This document shows positions 1 to 7,005 of a stretch of 43,114 nucleotides of DNA, one piece after another (position 1 is the stretch's first letter; each line of letters opens with the position of its first letter). Both the position numbers and the translations under genes were made by a program. The DNA comes from a virus: the IMG/VR virus record IMGVR_UViG_3300045988_047887; one strand, written 5' to 3'. The notes under the pieces were generated by a model. The model made no database searches. It had not been told where the DNA came from and saw only the letters and a list, made by a program, of their open reading frames with translations.

Positions 1-70
1 ATCACTATCACTATCACTATCACTATCACTATCACTATCACTATCACTATCACTATCACTATCACTATCA
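1..70. repeat. (ATCACT)11 + ATCA hexanucleotide tandem repeat, left copy of the terminal overlap
   Basis: Read directly. The unit is perfect and identical to 43045-43114. Confidence 0.98.
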
Positions 71-408
71 TATAAGCATCCTTTTGTATGCAATTGCATA
101 CTTTTGCATTCATTTGTATGCTTTTGTATAGTGTTGCATGCTTCTGTATCGTTTGCATCCTTTTGCATTCCCCATCGCTTTTGTGCGTTGGCTCGCAACC
201 GTTCGCATTTTTTCTGATACTTTGTTTGGTTTCGTTCTATCTTGTCTTTGATAAACACGAATGCCATGCGCACAACTGGGTCTAGCTTTATGATTTCGCC
301 ATCCCTTGCGAAGGTGAAGAGTGCCCGAGTTAGCTGTCCGAGTTGCTCATCTGTAAGCCCCTCGATTAGCTGATAGTCTGAAGTGTATAGTATAAATGAA
401 TCGTTCAT
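1..408 (-). CDS. replication organizer, N-terminal part (DUF6291-like); the ORF runs off the window start and continues at 43114
   Basis: Hand translation from the ATG at 408-406 gives MNDSFILYTSDYQLIEGLTDEQLGQLTRALFTFARDGEI...KYQKKCERLRANAQKRWGMQKD...GCLY(DS)n with no stop down to position 1. It is absent from the ORF track because it has no stop in the window. The pattern resembles the N-domain of Bacteroidales phage replication proteins. Confidence 0.7.
   Translation of the reverse strand, partial: MNDSFILYTSDYQLIEGLTDEQLGQLTRALFTFARDGEIIKLDPVVRMAFVFIKDKIERNQTKYQKKCERLRANAQKRWGMQKDANDTEACNTIQKHTNECKSMQLHTKGCLYDSDSDSDSDSDSDSDSDSDSDSD
73..168. repeat. ten phased copies of TTTGYAT-like heptamer (10-bp period), candidate iterons or origin
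   Basis: Copies lie at 73 (taagcat), 83, 93, 103, 113, 123, 133, 143, 152 and 162. A 10-nt period cannot reflect an amino-acid repeat. Confidence 0.75.
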
Positions 409-412
409 GATT

Positions 413-589
413 TTATTCCGATAATGATAATTTCTTTTCCAGCTTCCGTTTGAGCACGGTAGCCATGCGGATTCTGTTCCGCTGGCTTGTGTCGGTCGGT
501 GCTGTCACTTTCCTACCTAGGGAAATATATTTCTCCAGTTGGGAAATTATATTCTTTAGGTCTGTCTTTGATATTTGAATGCTAGCCAT
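413..589 (-). CDS. hypothetical small protein (58 aa)
   Basis: An internal ATG (MASIQISK...) starts 12 nt after the stop of the upstream gene. The longer ORF-track version would overlap the exonuclease gene. Confidence 0.5.
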   Translation of the reverse strand: MASIQISKTDLKNIISQLEKYISLGRKVTAPTDTSQRNRIRMATVLKRKLEKKLSLSE

Positions 590-600
590 AAGCCCTGCTT

Positions 601-1542
601 TTACTTGATGAGTAATCTTCTTGCTCCCTGCACCTGCTTGATGTAGGCTGCGCATTCCTTCGGATGGTCTGCTTGGAAAGCCTTCGCATCGAACTTCTCG
701 GATGGCTTCGGTGCTTTCCACGTTGCCAGCGTCTTGCCGTTTCCGTCCACGATGCTCTCTGCGTCCCCGAAGAACAGCTTCAAGTTGTCCTCGATCTCCT
801 TCTGTCGGTTCTCCAGTGTCTTGCTCTTCTCTTTGATGTCCTTCAACTCGATAAGCATGTCACCTACTTCTGCTGTGGCTTCAATCTCCTTTCCTGCCTT
901 GTGCAGTGGAGACTTCAGGAGAACGTCTTGCGCGCTGTAGGCTGGCGGTTCTTGGTTGCCCACGATGTAGTCCAGCCAAAACTTGGTGATTTCGTCACGC
1001 ATCCAGCCGTAAAATTCGGGGTCGAAGTCGATGTCACGGTAGCCGAACTCCCTGCCTGCTGTAAGCCAGGCCAGCGCACCGTCCTTGTATTCGCCTACAC
1101 CGAGGTTCATCTGCAACTGGCAGAACCAATGCTTCGGCAGGTCGTCTGCGTCTATCTGCATCTGCGTGGTCTTGCACTCCAGTATGCTCTTGCTGGCTTC
1201 GTTGTGTGTTGCCCCGACTCTCCAGAAGGTGCGGTCAGGAGATACTCGCAAATATGGCGCATCGGTGTTCGTGATGGTGTAGTCGTCAGTCGATGCCTTG
1301 ATGATGTGGCAGTGGCTTTCTCGCTTGTAGAACTGTGCAACAGCGTCCTCAAGAATGTGTCCTGCAACCATTGCGAAGTTCTCCACCTTTGGTGGGTCGA
1401 TTCCCTTCTTGCGTCTCCACAGCTGGTATGGGGTCTCCCATGGGTTCAGTCCCAACACCGTGCCTGCTTCACTTGCACCAATTCCGTTCGAGCGGTTCTG
1501 CAACCACTCTTCTCTGTTCTTGTATTTAATTACTTGTTTCAT
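601..1542 (-). CDS. YqaJ-family viral recombinase exonuclease (PD-(D/E)XK)
   Basis: The N-terminal motif is WLQNRSNGIGASEAGTVLGLNPWETPYQLWRRKKG, followed by a downstream ILECK (ExK) motif. It is paired with a candidate annealing protein. Confidence 0.85.
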   Translation of the reverse strand: MKQVIKYKNREEWLQNRSNGIGASEAGTVLGLNPWETPYQLWRRKKGIDPPKVENFAMVAGHILEDAVAQFYKRESHCHIIKASTDDYTITNTDAPYLRVSPDRTFWRVGATHNEASKSILECKTTQMQIDADDLPKHWFCQLQMNLGVGEYKDGALAWLTAGREFGYRDIDFDPEFYGWMRDEITKFWLDYIVGNQEPPAYSAQDVLLKSPLHKAGKEIEATAEVGDMLIELKDIKEKSKTLENRQKEIEDNLKLFFGDAESIVDGNGKTLATWKAPKPSEKFDAKAFQADHPKECAAYIKQVQGARRLLIK

Positions 1543-1548
1543 TGTCTT

Positions 1549-1863
1549 TTATTTTTCTTCGTTTGCGATAAGGTATCTTCTTGCTGCTTCAATGATAATC
1601 TGGCGAAGGAATTCGTCCTTCTGCATTGTCTGAGCGAGTCCGCTTGCGATGAAGTTAGGCTTGCAGGTATAAGCAATATGGAAATCGAAGCCTTGGTGTC
1701 CTTCTTCGTCTTCATCCCCAGTTGTCTCAGCTGCCATCTGAATGAAGTTTCTCTCCTCCTTGTTTTCTTCTGCCCATGTCTTGTATGCCTTCGCTGTCTG
1801 AGCAAAGTACTTGTCGATGGTGCTCTCTCGTCTCTGATTGTCTGTTTTGTTCTGTTTGTTCAT
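1549..1863 (-). CDS. hypothetical protein (104 aa)
   Basis: The ORF is tightly packed between the exonuclease and annealing-protein genes. Confidence 0.6.
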   Translation of the reverse strand: MNKQNKTDNQRRESTIDKYFAQTAKAYKTWAEENKEERNFIQMAAETTGDEDEEGHQGFDFHIAYTCKPNFIASGLAQTMQKDEFLRQIIIEAARRYLIANEEK

Positions 1864-1973
1864 TGTTTTACTGAATGTTTATTAAAAGTTGCCACGGCTT
1901 CCCTTATTCGTGATGGGTGCCCACCCCATAGGTTGCACCGTGGCGGTTCGGGCTTATCATTATAGTAAAATGG

Positions 1974-2834
1974 CTATTTCTTCGCTGCTGTTCCAGTCTT
2001 GCCTTGGCTGCGGTTCATTGCCTTCTCTGCCTTCTGCTGTGCGCTCTCGGCTGCTGCCTGCGCCTGCTGTGCGATGGCTTCCTGCTGCTTTGGCTTTTTA
2101 AAGGTCTCCTCTACGGTGGTCGTGCCTTCCTTGATTGCGTTGTACACTCCTCCCAGCTTCTGAATGTCTTCTGCTGCGACTTCCTCGGCAGATTTCTTGC
2201 CTATGTATTCCAACAGCATAAGGTCGGTAACTTGGTAGGCTTGGAAGCAGGCGACACAACTTTTCCATTGGCTCTGTACGCCAGTCTGCTTGATGTGCTC
2301 CAGTGCCTTTGCCTGCACCTCCTTGACTACGCCTGCAATCAGTACCTGCGGCACGACCTTGCAGATTGCGTTACGCTGGGCGATAGCCACGGCTGCATTG
2401 CCAACTACCACCTGCATATCCTGCGAGAAGGTGTATCCCTTCGAGGTCAGGATGCTGCGCTTCACTTCTACAGAGTAGGCCACGTTGCTCTCGAGGTCGT
2501 GGCAGACACCCTGCGCTGTGATGGTCTTTCCATCGTTTGCGATGATGCGTCCTGCGATGCGCAGGTTCTTCCAGCAAGCCGAGATAATCTCGGTGAATCT
2601 AACACTAGGACCCTCAATAACGGAAATCTGTCCGTCCTTGCCCTTGCGCTCCAAATGATAGAAGCAGTTGTATGCTACATCATCGTCCATAGTTGCCAAG
2701 GCTACCATGTTCTCCTTGCACTGCATGATGTCTCTCGGAAACTTGTGCGCTGTGGCAATCTGTCCGTCAATCTCCGAGCGGTTGATGGCTTCGAGCATTT
2801 CGCCACCGCTTACTTGAATAATCTCATTTTCCAT
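1974..2834 (-). CDS. putative single-strand annealing recombinase (family unassigned)
   Basis: It sits with the YqaJ exonuclease (one 104-aa gene between them). It has a GNAAVAIAQRNAICKVVP-type motif and a disordered Q/A/K-rich tail. I could not place it in the RecT, ERF or Rad52 family by eye. Confidence 0.5.
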   Translation of the reverse strand: MENEIIQVSGGEMLEAINRSEIDGQIATAHKFPRDIMQCKENMVALATMDDDVAYNCFYHLERKGKDGQISVIEGPSVRFTEIISACWKNLRIAGRIIANDGKTITAQGVCHDLESNVAYSVEVKRSILTSKGYTFSQDMQVVVGNAAVAIAQRNAICKVVPQVLIAGVVKEVQAKALEHIKQTGVQSQWKSCVACFQAYQVTDLMLLEYIGKKSAEEVAAEDIQKLGGVYNAIKEGTTTVEETFKKPKQQEAIAQQAQAAAESAQQKAEKAMNRSQGKTGTAAKK

Positions 2835-2877
2835 AATTCGTTCAATTTTTGTTCAACTTATTGTTAATTAACTCTAG

Positions 2878-2954
2878 TGGAAGGCTGGGGATTCGAACCC
2901 CAGTTGGTCGCAGGTTTACTCCCACCCTTGCCTGCTGCTGGTGGACGCCCTTCC
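2878..2954 (-). other. tRNA-like element: canonical T-arm and acceptor 3' strand, non-canonical 5' two-thirds (tRNA 3' fragment or degenerate tRNA)
   Basis: The minus strand reads ...CTGGGGTTCGAATCCCCAGCCTTCCA, a 5-bp T stem with a TTCGAAT loop and a 7-nt acceptor strand. GGAAGGG 77 nt upstream pairs with the acceptor at 6 of 7 positions. No D arm or 7-nt anticodon loop can be drawn. Confidence 0.45.
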
Positions 2955-3113
2955 GTTATAGGGCACACGCTGTTTCCGCATATCAAAACTTATCAATTTA
3001 TCAATAAAAAAACAATTAAATTTAATAACCTTACTAACTGGTATGAATTTTTGCGTGCGCCCTGCCCCTACCGCTGTAGGGAAATCATATAATTGTACAC
3101 TAAAATATGTAGT

Positions 3114-3455
3114 CTATATCAGTCGAGCCATGAGACTGTCGAGCCTGCTTTCCTCGAAGGCGTCCATCGGGTCTTGGTCTGCGTATTGGCTGTTCTCCTC
3201 CAGCCAATCGTCCATTACGTCTTGATAGTTAAGACAACCCTCGATGGCTTCCTCCAGCCGCTCGCTGTCGTTGTTGCTGGTCTTGTGCGTTACAACCGCG
3301 ATGTTGCCAACGCTGCCGCACCATACGCAGATGGCTCCTGCCTTGGTCTTGATGTCCACCCTTGCAACCGCTGGTCGCTGTGGGTCTCGGTCTATCTCCA
3401 GCCAGATGGCTTCGTACATTGCCTTCCTGCACTCCTCGATGATTCTTGGTCTCAT
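3114..3455 (-). CDS. hypothetical protein (113 aa)
   Basis: It has an ATGA start/stop overlap with the upstream gene. Confidence 0.6.
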   Translation of the reverse strand: MRPRIIEECRKAMYEAIWLEIDRDPQRPAVARVDIKTKAGAICVWCGSVGNIAVVTHKTSNNDSERLEEAIEGCLNYQDVMDDWLEENSQYADQDPMDAFEESRLDSLMARLI

Positions 3456-3694
3456 GCCTTATCTCTGTTTAAATAGTTGAAGAATGTCAGACGTGCATCT
3501 GCCAGCGTCTGCTTGTTGAACTCGCTCATCGGGAGTACCGGTATTCCGTCCAATGAAAGACAAAGCATGTTGTCGAACTCCCTTACCTGAATGCGTCTTT
3601 CCGCTTCCTTCATGGTTGCCAGTCGCTTGCTGTCCTTTCGCTCCTGCTCCCACTTGGCGGTCAGCTGCTTCGCTTTTACGTATGCCTTCATCAT
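3452..3694 (-). CDS. hypothetical protein (80 aa)
   Basis: The start was chosen at MMKAYV, which gives an ATGA overlap with the stop of the HTH gene. Confidence 0.55.
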   Translation of the reverse strand: MMKAYVKAKQLTAKWEQERKDSKRLATMKEAERRIQVREFDNMLCLSLDGIPVLPMSEFNKQTLADARLTFFNYLNRDKA

Positions 3695-3888
3695 AGGGCA
3701 ACCCTCCATGCTTTTTTAATCTCGCTGCCCTCGATTACCTTGCGGTTGTCGATTCTGCGGAACTTGACCTTCATCTTTCCAGCCTGCAACCATCTGCGCA
3801 GGGTGTTGCGATGAATGCCCAATACATTGCAGGTCTCTGTTATGGTGTATCTGCCTGCATCTGCTACCTTTGGTTCTTCGTTCGTCAT
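3691..3888 (-). CDS. helix-turn-helix DNA-binding protein, excisionase/MerR-like
   Basis: YTITETCNVLGIHRNTLRRWLQAGKM is a typical HTH_17/Xis-type motif. The start at MTNEE avoids overlap with the small upstream ORF. Confidence 0.65.
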   Translation of the reverse strand: MTNEEPKVADAGRYTITETCNVLGIHRNTLRRWLQAGKMKVKFRRIDNRKVIEGSEIKKAWRVAL

Positions 3889-3890
3889 AC

Positions 3891-3983
3891 CTATGCCCTC
3901 CAAAAGATTAAAGTTAATACAATGGCAACAAATGCCACGGATAACATTACGTCACTTGTCACAAACTCGATAAACTTCTTCAT
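3891..3983 (-). CDS. possible 30-aa membrane peptide
   Basis: Hand translation gives MKKFIEFVTSDVMLSVAFVAIVLTLIFWRA*. It fits exactly between neighbouring genes. Confidence 0.3.
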   Translation of the reverse strand: MKKFIEFVTSDVMLSVAFVAIVLTLIFWRA

Positions 3984-4013
3984 ACGCTCTGAATGTCTAA
4001 ATGGTTAAACTTG

Positions 4014-4256
4014 TTACTTGCGTACGGCTGCACGTCTCTTCTTAGGTGTAATAACTCCAGCCTTGATGAGACAGACACGTACGTTCTGCTGGGTGCAACC
4101 CACATGCTGTGATACTGCGAGCATGATTCTGCTGTCCGATGTCTCTGCAGGTGCTTTTGCTCGGAAATCTGCGAACATTGCAATGATGTTCTTCTTTCGT
4201 TCGTCCTGCTGCTTCTGCAACGGTGTTCGAAAATCGTAATTGAAATTTTCTCCCAT
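4014..4256 (-). CDS. small DNA-binding regulator, Cro-like by position
   Basis: It is the first minus-strand gene after the switch region. It is 80 aa, with an HTH-like segment VSQHVGCTQQNVRVCLIKAG and a basic tail. Confidence 0.5.
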   Translation of the reverse strand: MGENFNYDFRTPLQKQQDERKKNIIAMFADFRAKAPAETSDSRIMLAVSQHVGCTQQNVRVCLIKAGVITPKKRRAAVRK

Positions 4257-4414
4257 TTTTATTTGTATTTTAAATTATTTTCTTTATCTTTGCAAATGAG
4301 TTTTTAAACTCGTTATGTAATTCGGTTGCAAAAATACAAAAATAAAATTGAAAAACAATTGTTTTACGGTTGTTTTTAATAAGTTTTTAATTAATTTTAA
4401 ATTGATTTACAATT
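4257..4414. promoter_or_regulatory. lysis/lysogeny switch region with predicted face-to-face promoters and palindromic operators
   Basis: Plus strand: TTTG 4262-4265, 19 nt, then TATCTTTG 4285-4292. Minus strand: TATTTTTG boxes appear as CAAAAATA at 4329-4336 and 4337-4344. Palindromes are GAGTTTttAAACTC 4298-4311 and AAAACAATTGTTTT 4352-4365. Confidence 0.55.
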
Positions 4415-4771
4415 ATGAGTGGAGAAGAATTAAAGCAGTATATAAAGCGTTCGGGCTTGACAATGAGCGATGTAGCTAGAGAACTGGGTACTACACCTCA
4501 GAATGTGCAGGCTCGTCTTGGTCGTAAAACTATAAAAATTGATTTCATACAAAAGATAAAGGAAATCATCGACAAGTGCGCCCCTCCTCTCCCTGCTGAG
4601 ATGGAAGCGGCTGTTATCGGTTCAAACGCAAATGGTTCGAACAGTTCCAACGTTTCACAGTCAATAGGTAGCGATGCTGCCTTGGCTGCTGAAAACAAGC
4701 TGCTGCGAGAACAGAATGAGTTCCTGCAAAGTCAAGTAAAAACCCTGCTTGCCATTGTCGGGCAGAGATAA
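4415..4771 (+). CDS. XRE-type HTH regulator with C-terminal coiled coil (repressor candidate)
   Basis: LKQYIKRSGLTMSDVARELGTTPQNVQARL is an HTH motif. The C-terminal heptad-like segment is AAENKLLREQNEFLQSQVKTLLAIV. It is the first gene of the plus-strand lysogeny module. Confidence 0.65.
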   Translation: MSGEELKQYIKRSGLTMSDVARELGTTPQNVQARLGRKTIKIDFIQKIKEIIDKCAPPLPAEMEAAVIGSNANGSNSSNVSQSIGSDAALAAENKLLREQNEFLQSQVKTLLAIVGQR

Positions 4772-4801
4772 CAAAATTCATTAACTAAATTCTAAATAAA
4801 A

Positions 4802-5248
4802 ATGAAAGATGAGGATTTCATCGAGCGGAAGGAGAAAATACTTCTTGCCGCTCTCGGTAAAAGCTGGCTATGGAAGGCTAGCAGGTTGATAATAGGCATC
4901 ATCCCTCCAGTGGGTGCGTTTGTCATGCTGGTGCACTGCACCCTGCTCTCGTTCGGCATTCGGGTCAAACTCACGGAGTGGATATTCGACTGCTCGTTCT
5001 TTGGCTTCATCGCATGGATCATCATCAGTCTAGCCTATGGCTTCTGCTGGGTGCATCGGGCATTCATTACCTACGGAGTGCTGATTTCATTCTGTATCGA
5101 CTTCCAGCGTTCCTTCGGGTTCGGGGTTCTGAGTAGACCGCTGCACCTGCTGACGGTTGCCCTAGGGCTGCTGCTCTTCTTCATCTTCTTCAAGAAAAAG
5201 GCTTGGAATGAGTTTTACGATAGAAATATTAATCATTTAAATAATTAG
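4802..5248 (+). CDS. multi-pass membrane protein (moron candidate)
   Basis: It has about four hydrophobic segments and no recognisable family. Confidence 0.6.
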   Translation: MKDEDFIERKEKILLAALGKSWLWKASRLIIGIIPPVGAFVMLVHCTLLSFGIRVKLTEWIFDCSFFGFIAWIIISLAYGFCWVHRAFITYGVLISFCIDFQRSFGFGVLSRPLHLLTVALGLLLFFIFFKKKAWNEFYDRNINHLNN

Positions 5249-5251
5249 CGT

Positions 5252-5782
5252 ATGGGAAGTTTCATTAACGAACTGGCAAAGGGTTTCGTCCGCTCTGCTG
5301 TCAATCAGGTAGGAAGGGATGCTGGTCGTGTTGTCAGTAACAACATCTATGGCGATGCACATTCTATACCGCATCGCAATGTTTCCGCTGGTGGTGCTGG
5401 TCGTGTTTCCAGCGTTGGCAAGGTGGAGGATGAAGGAACTGTTATCATCGAGCCTTCGAAAGGAAAAGCTGTAGCTTGGTGCGTGGTTGCTCTCTTCTTC
5501 AATTTCCTTGGTGCAGTCGTCCTTCTTGTCGTTGGCTACAGAAAGCTGAAAAACAAATACGTTGCAAGCGCTTGGCATTATGAATCCCAGGCAGTCTATG
5601 TCGCTGATGGTCGCTACAAGACTGGGGAGCGTTATGATGGCCACCAGCTGAGCAGACGAAAGATAGAAGTTCCTGCTGATGAGTTCATGATTGAGAAAAA
5701 CGAGAAAATTGCGAAGATATATCTTTACGCTGGCTTTGCAATCTTCATTTGCTTCTTATTTGTTACAATTGCATCAATATGA
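5252..5782 (+). CDS. membrane protein with two predicted TM segments
   Basis: The hydrophobic segments are WCVVALFFNFLGAVVLLVVGY and IYLYAGFAIFICFLFVTIASI. Confidence 0.6.
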   Translation: MGSFINELAKGFVRSAVNQVGRDAGRVVSNNIYGDAHSIPHRNVSAGGAGRVSSVGKVEDEGTVIIEPSKGKAVAWCVVALFFNFLGAVVLLVVGYRKLKNKYVASAWHYESQAVYVADGRYKTGERYDGHQLSRRKIEVPADEFMIEKNEKIAKIYLYAGFAIFICFLFVTIASI

Positions 5783-6309
5783 AAAAGATAATAATATTAT
5801 TCGTGCTTGCGCTCATGTGCGTGGGTGTGCGTGCGCAAACCCTAATGTCTAGAACGACATGGATTGAAGGCAACAGCGATATAAGTTATACCGTTTATGA
5901 GCCTGCAAAGGATACTGTTTATTTCTGCTCCTTCCGTGAAGGCTCTCCAGTTTCTCACGAAGTTACATTGAAATTCAATGGAAGAAACGACCTAATCCAA
6001 ACCCTTCTATTCATGTTTAATATTAGAGATAATGAAGGGTATAGATACAGACTAGATAAGACTGTCGGAAAAAATACAATCTTGGTAGGCGATGAATCAA
6101 AATTACTTTTCTTCGGGTGGCAAAAGTATATTACCGTCCAAAGCTCTAAAAATGAGATGCGTGAAAACGTGTCGGTAACTATTGAGGAAATTGGAAACAG
6201 ATACCTCAAGCCACTTGGTGTTATTGTTGATACAAAGTTGGCGAAAAGAAAGACTAAACGAGACGAGAGACTTGCCGATAAAAAGCTAGACGATGCCTAC
6301 AAATATTGA
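5779..6309 (+). CDS. secreted protein with signal peptide
   Basis: The start at MKKIIILFVLALMCVGVRAQ gives an ATGA overlap with the previous gene. The coding sequence is AT-rich. Confidence 0.6.
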   Translation: MKKIIILFVLALMCVGVRAQTLMSRTTWIEGNSDISYTVYEPAKDTVYFCSFREGSPVSHEVTLKFNGRNDLIQTLLFMFNIRDNEGYRYRLDKTVGKNTILVGDESKLLFFGWQKYITVQSSKNEMRENVSVTIEEIGNRYLKPLGVIVDTKLAKRKTKRDERLADKKLDDAYKY

Positions 6310-6484
6310 TTACCTTCTCGCCTACGAGGAATTCCTGCCAGTGCTCACCCCTTCCGAGGTGGATGGGCTGCTGGCTTCTCGCCCATCGCTGGCTCAGTTG
6401 CAAGACTGGTCGCAAAGATTGAATAATCATCGTGCACGTATGGAGCAAGTCTTCAGTCGTGCTTACAAAAAGATAAATAAATGA
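6293..6484 (+). CDS. hypothetical protein (63 aa)
   Basis: The ORF overlaps both neighbours by a few nt. Confidence 0.45.
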   Translation: MPTNIDYLLAYEEFLPVLTPSEVDGLLASRPSLAQLQDWSQRLNNHRARMEQVFSRAYKKINK

Positions 6485-6810
6485 ATATGGAAGATAAAAA
6501 TCTGATGTCCGCTGATGTGGATATAGTCGGTCGCTTCTTTGATGCCCTTGACCGTCTGAAGGATGACGGCTGCATAGGCGGTCTTAAAACGATAACCGAC
6601 CGGTACGGTCTCAACCGCTGGAACACAATATCCCTGCGAGACGAGCCTGCCGAGTGCTACGGTCGTTTCCGTCCGTCCTGGGTGCAGTTCCTAGTCCGTG
6701 ACTATCACGTCAACCCATACTGGCTGCTGTTAGGTTCTGGTGACTTCTACGCTGCTGGCTTCACGTCAGAAATAGTGAAAAACCTGAATAAAAACTGCAC
6801 GAAAAAATAG
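6481..6810 (+). CDS. phage CI-repressor-like HTH protein
   Basis: Its C-terminal YWLLLGSGDFY resembles the WLLTGEG ending of Phage_CI_repr-type HTH domains. It lies directly upstream of int. Confidence 0.5.
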   Translation: MNMEDKNLMSADVDIVGRFFDALDRLKDDGCIGGLKTITDRYGLNRWNTISLRDEPAECYGRFRPSWVQFLVRDYHVNPYWLLLGSGDFYAAGFTSEIVKNLNKNCTKK

Positions 6811-7005
6811 CATTACAGTTAAGTTTTTGATTTCCAATCATTTAAAACATACGTTATGATTTTAAGTACAACTTGACTGCTTTTCCCAGCATTTAAAGGG
6901 ATTCTTTGATGCTCAGATAACTAGAAAACGCTGCAATCATGCACAACGTTGCACAATTGCGGCTTTTCTCGCTATAAATAAACTGAATAAAGACTGCACG
7001 GAATT

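Noticed and set aside
1-70. Possible CRISPR-like or telomere-like array
   Set aside because: It is a perfect 6-nt microsatellite with no spacers and lies in frame inside a gene, so it is not a CRISPR array.
88-285. 65-aa plus-strand ORF at the window start
   Set aside because: It is antisense to the replication organizer N-domain, whose translation has a recognisable domain pattern.
664-1965. 433-aa plus-strand ORF
   Set aside because: It is antisense to the well-supported YqaJ exonuclease and neighbouring genes. Its Leu/Cys/Val-rich composition is typical of an antisense read-through, and it has no motifs.
2004-2867. 287-aa plus-strand ORF
   Set aside because: It is antisense to the annealing-protein gene and has a low-complexity Leu/Cys-rich translation.
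2878-2954. Functional canonical tRNA gene
   Set aside because: The T-arm and acceptor are fine, but no D stem, U8 or 7-nt anticodon loop can be drawn. The only internal stems have 13- or 16-nt loops. It is kept as a tRNA-like element or fragment.
5237-5644. 135-aa minus-strand ORF
   Set aside because: It is antisense to the plus-strand membrane-protein gene, which is translationally coupled to its neighbours.
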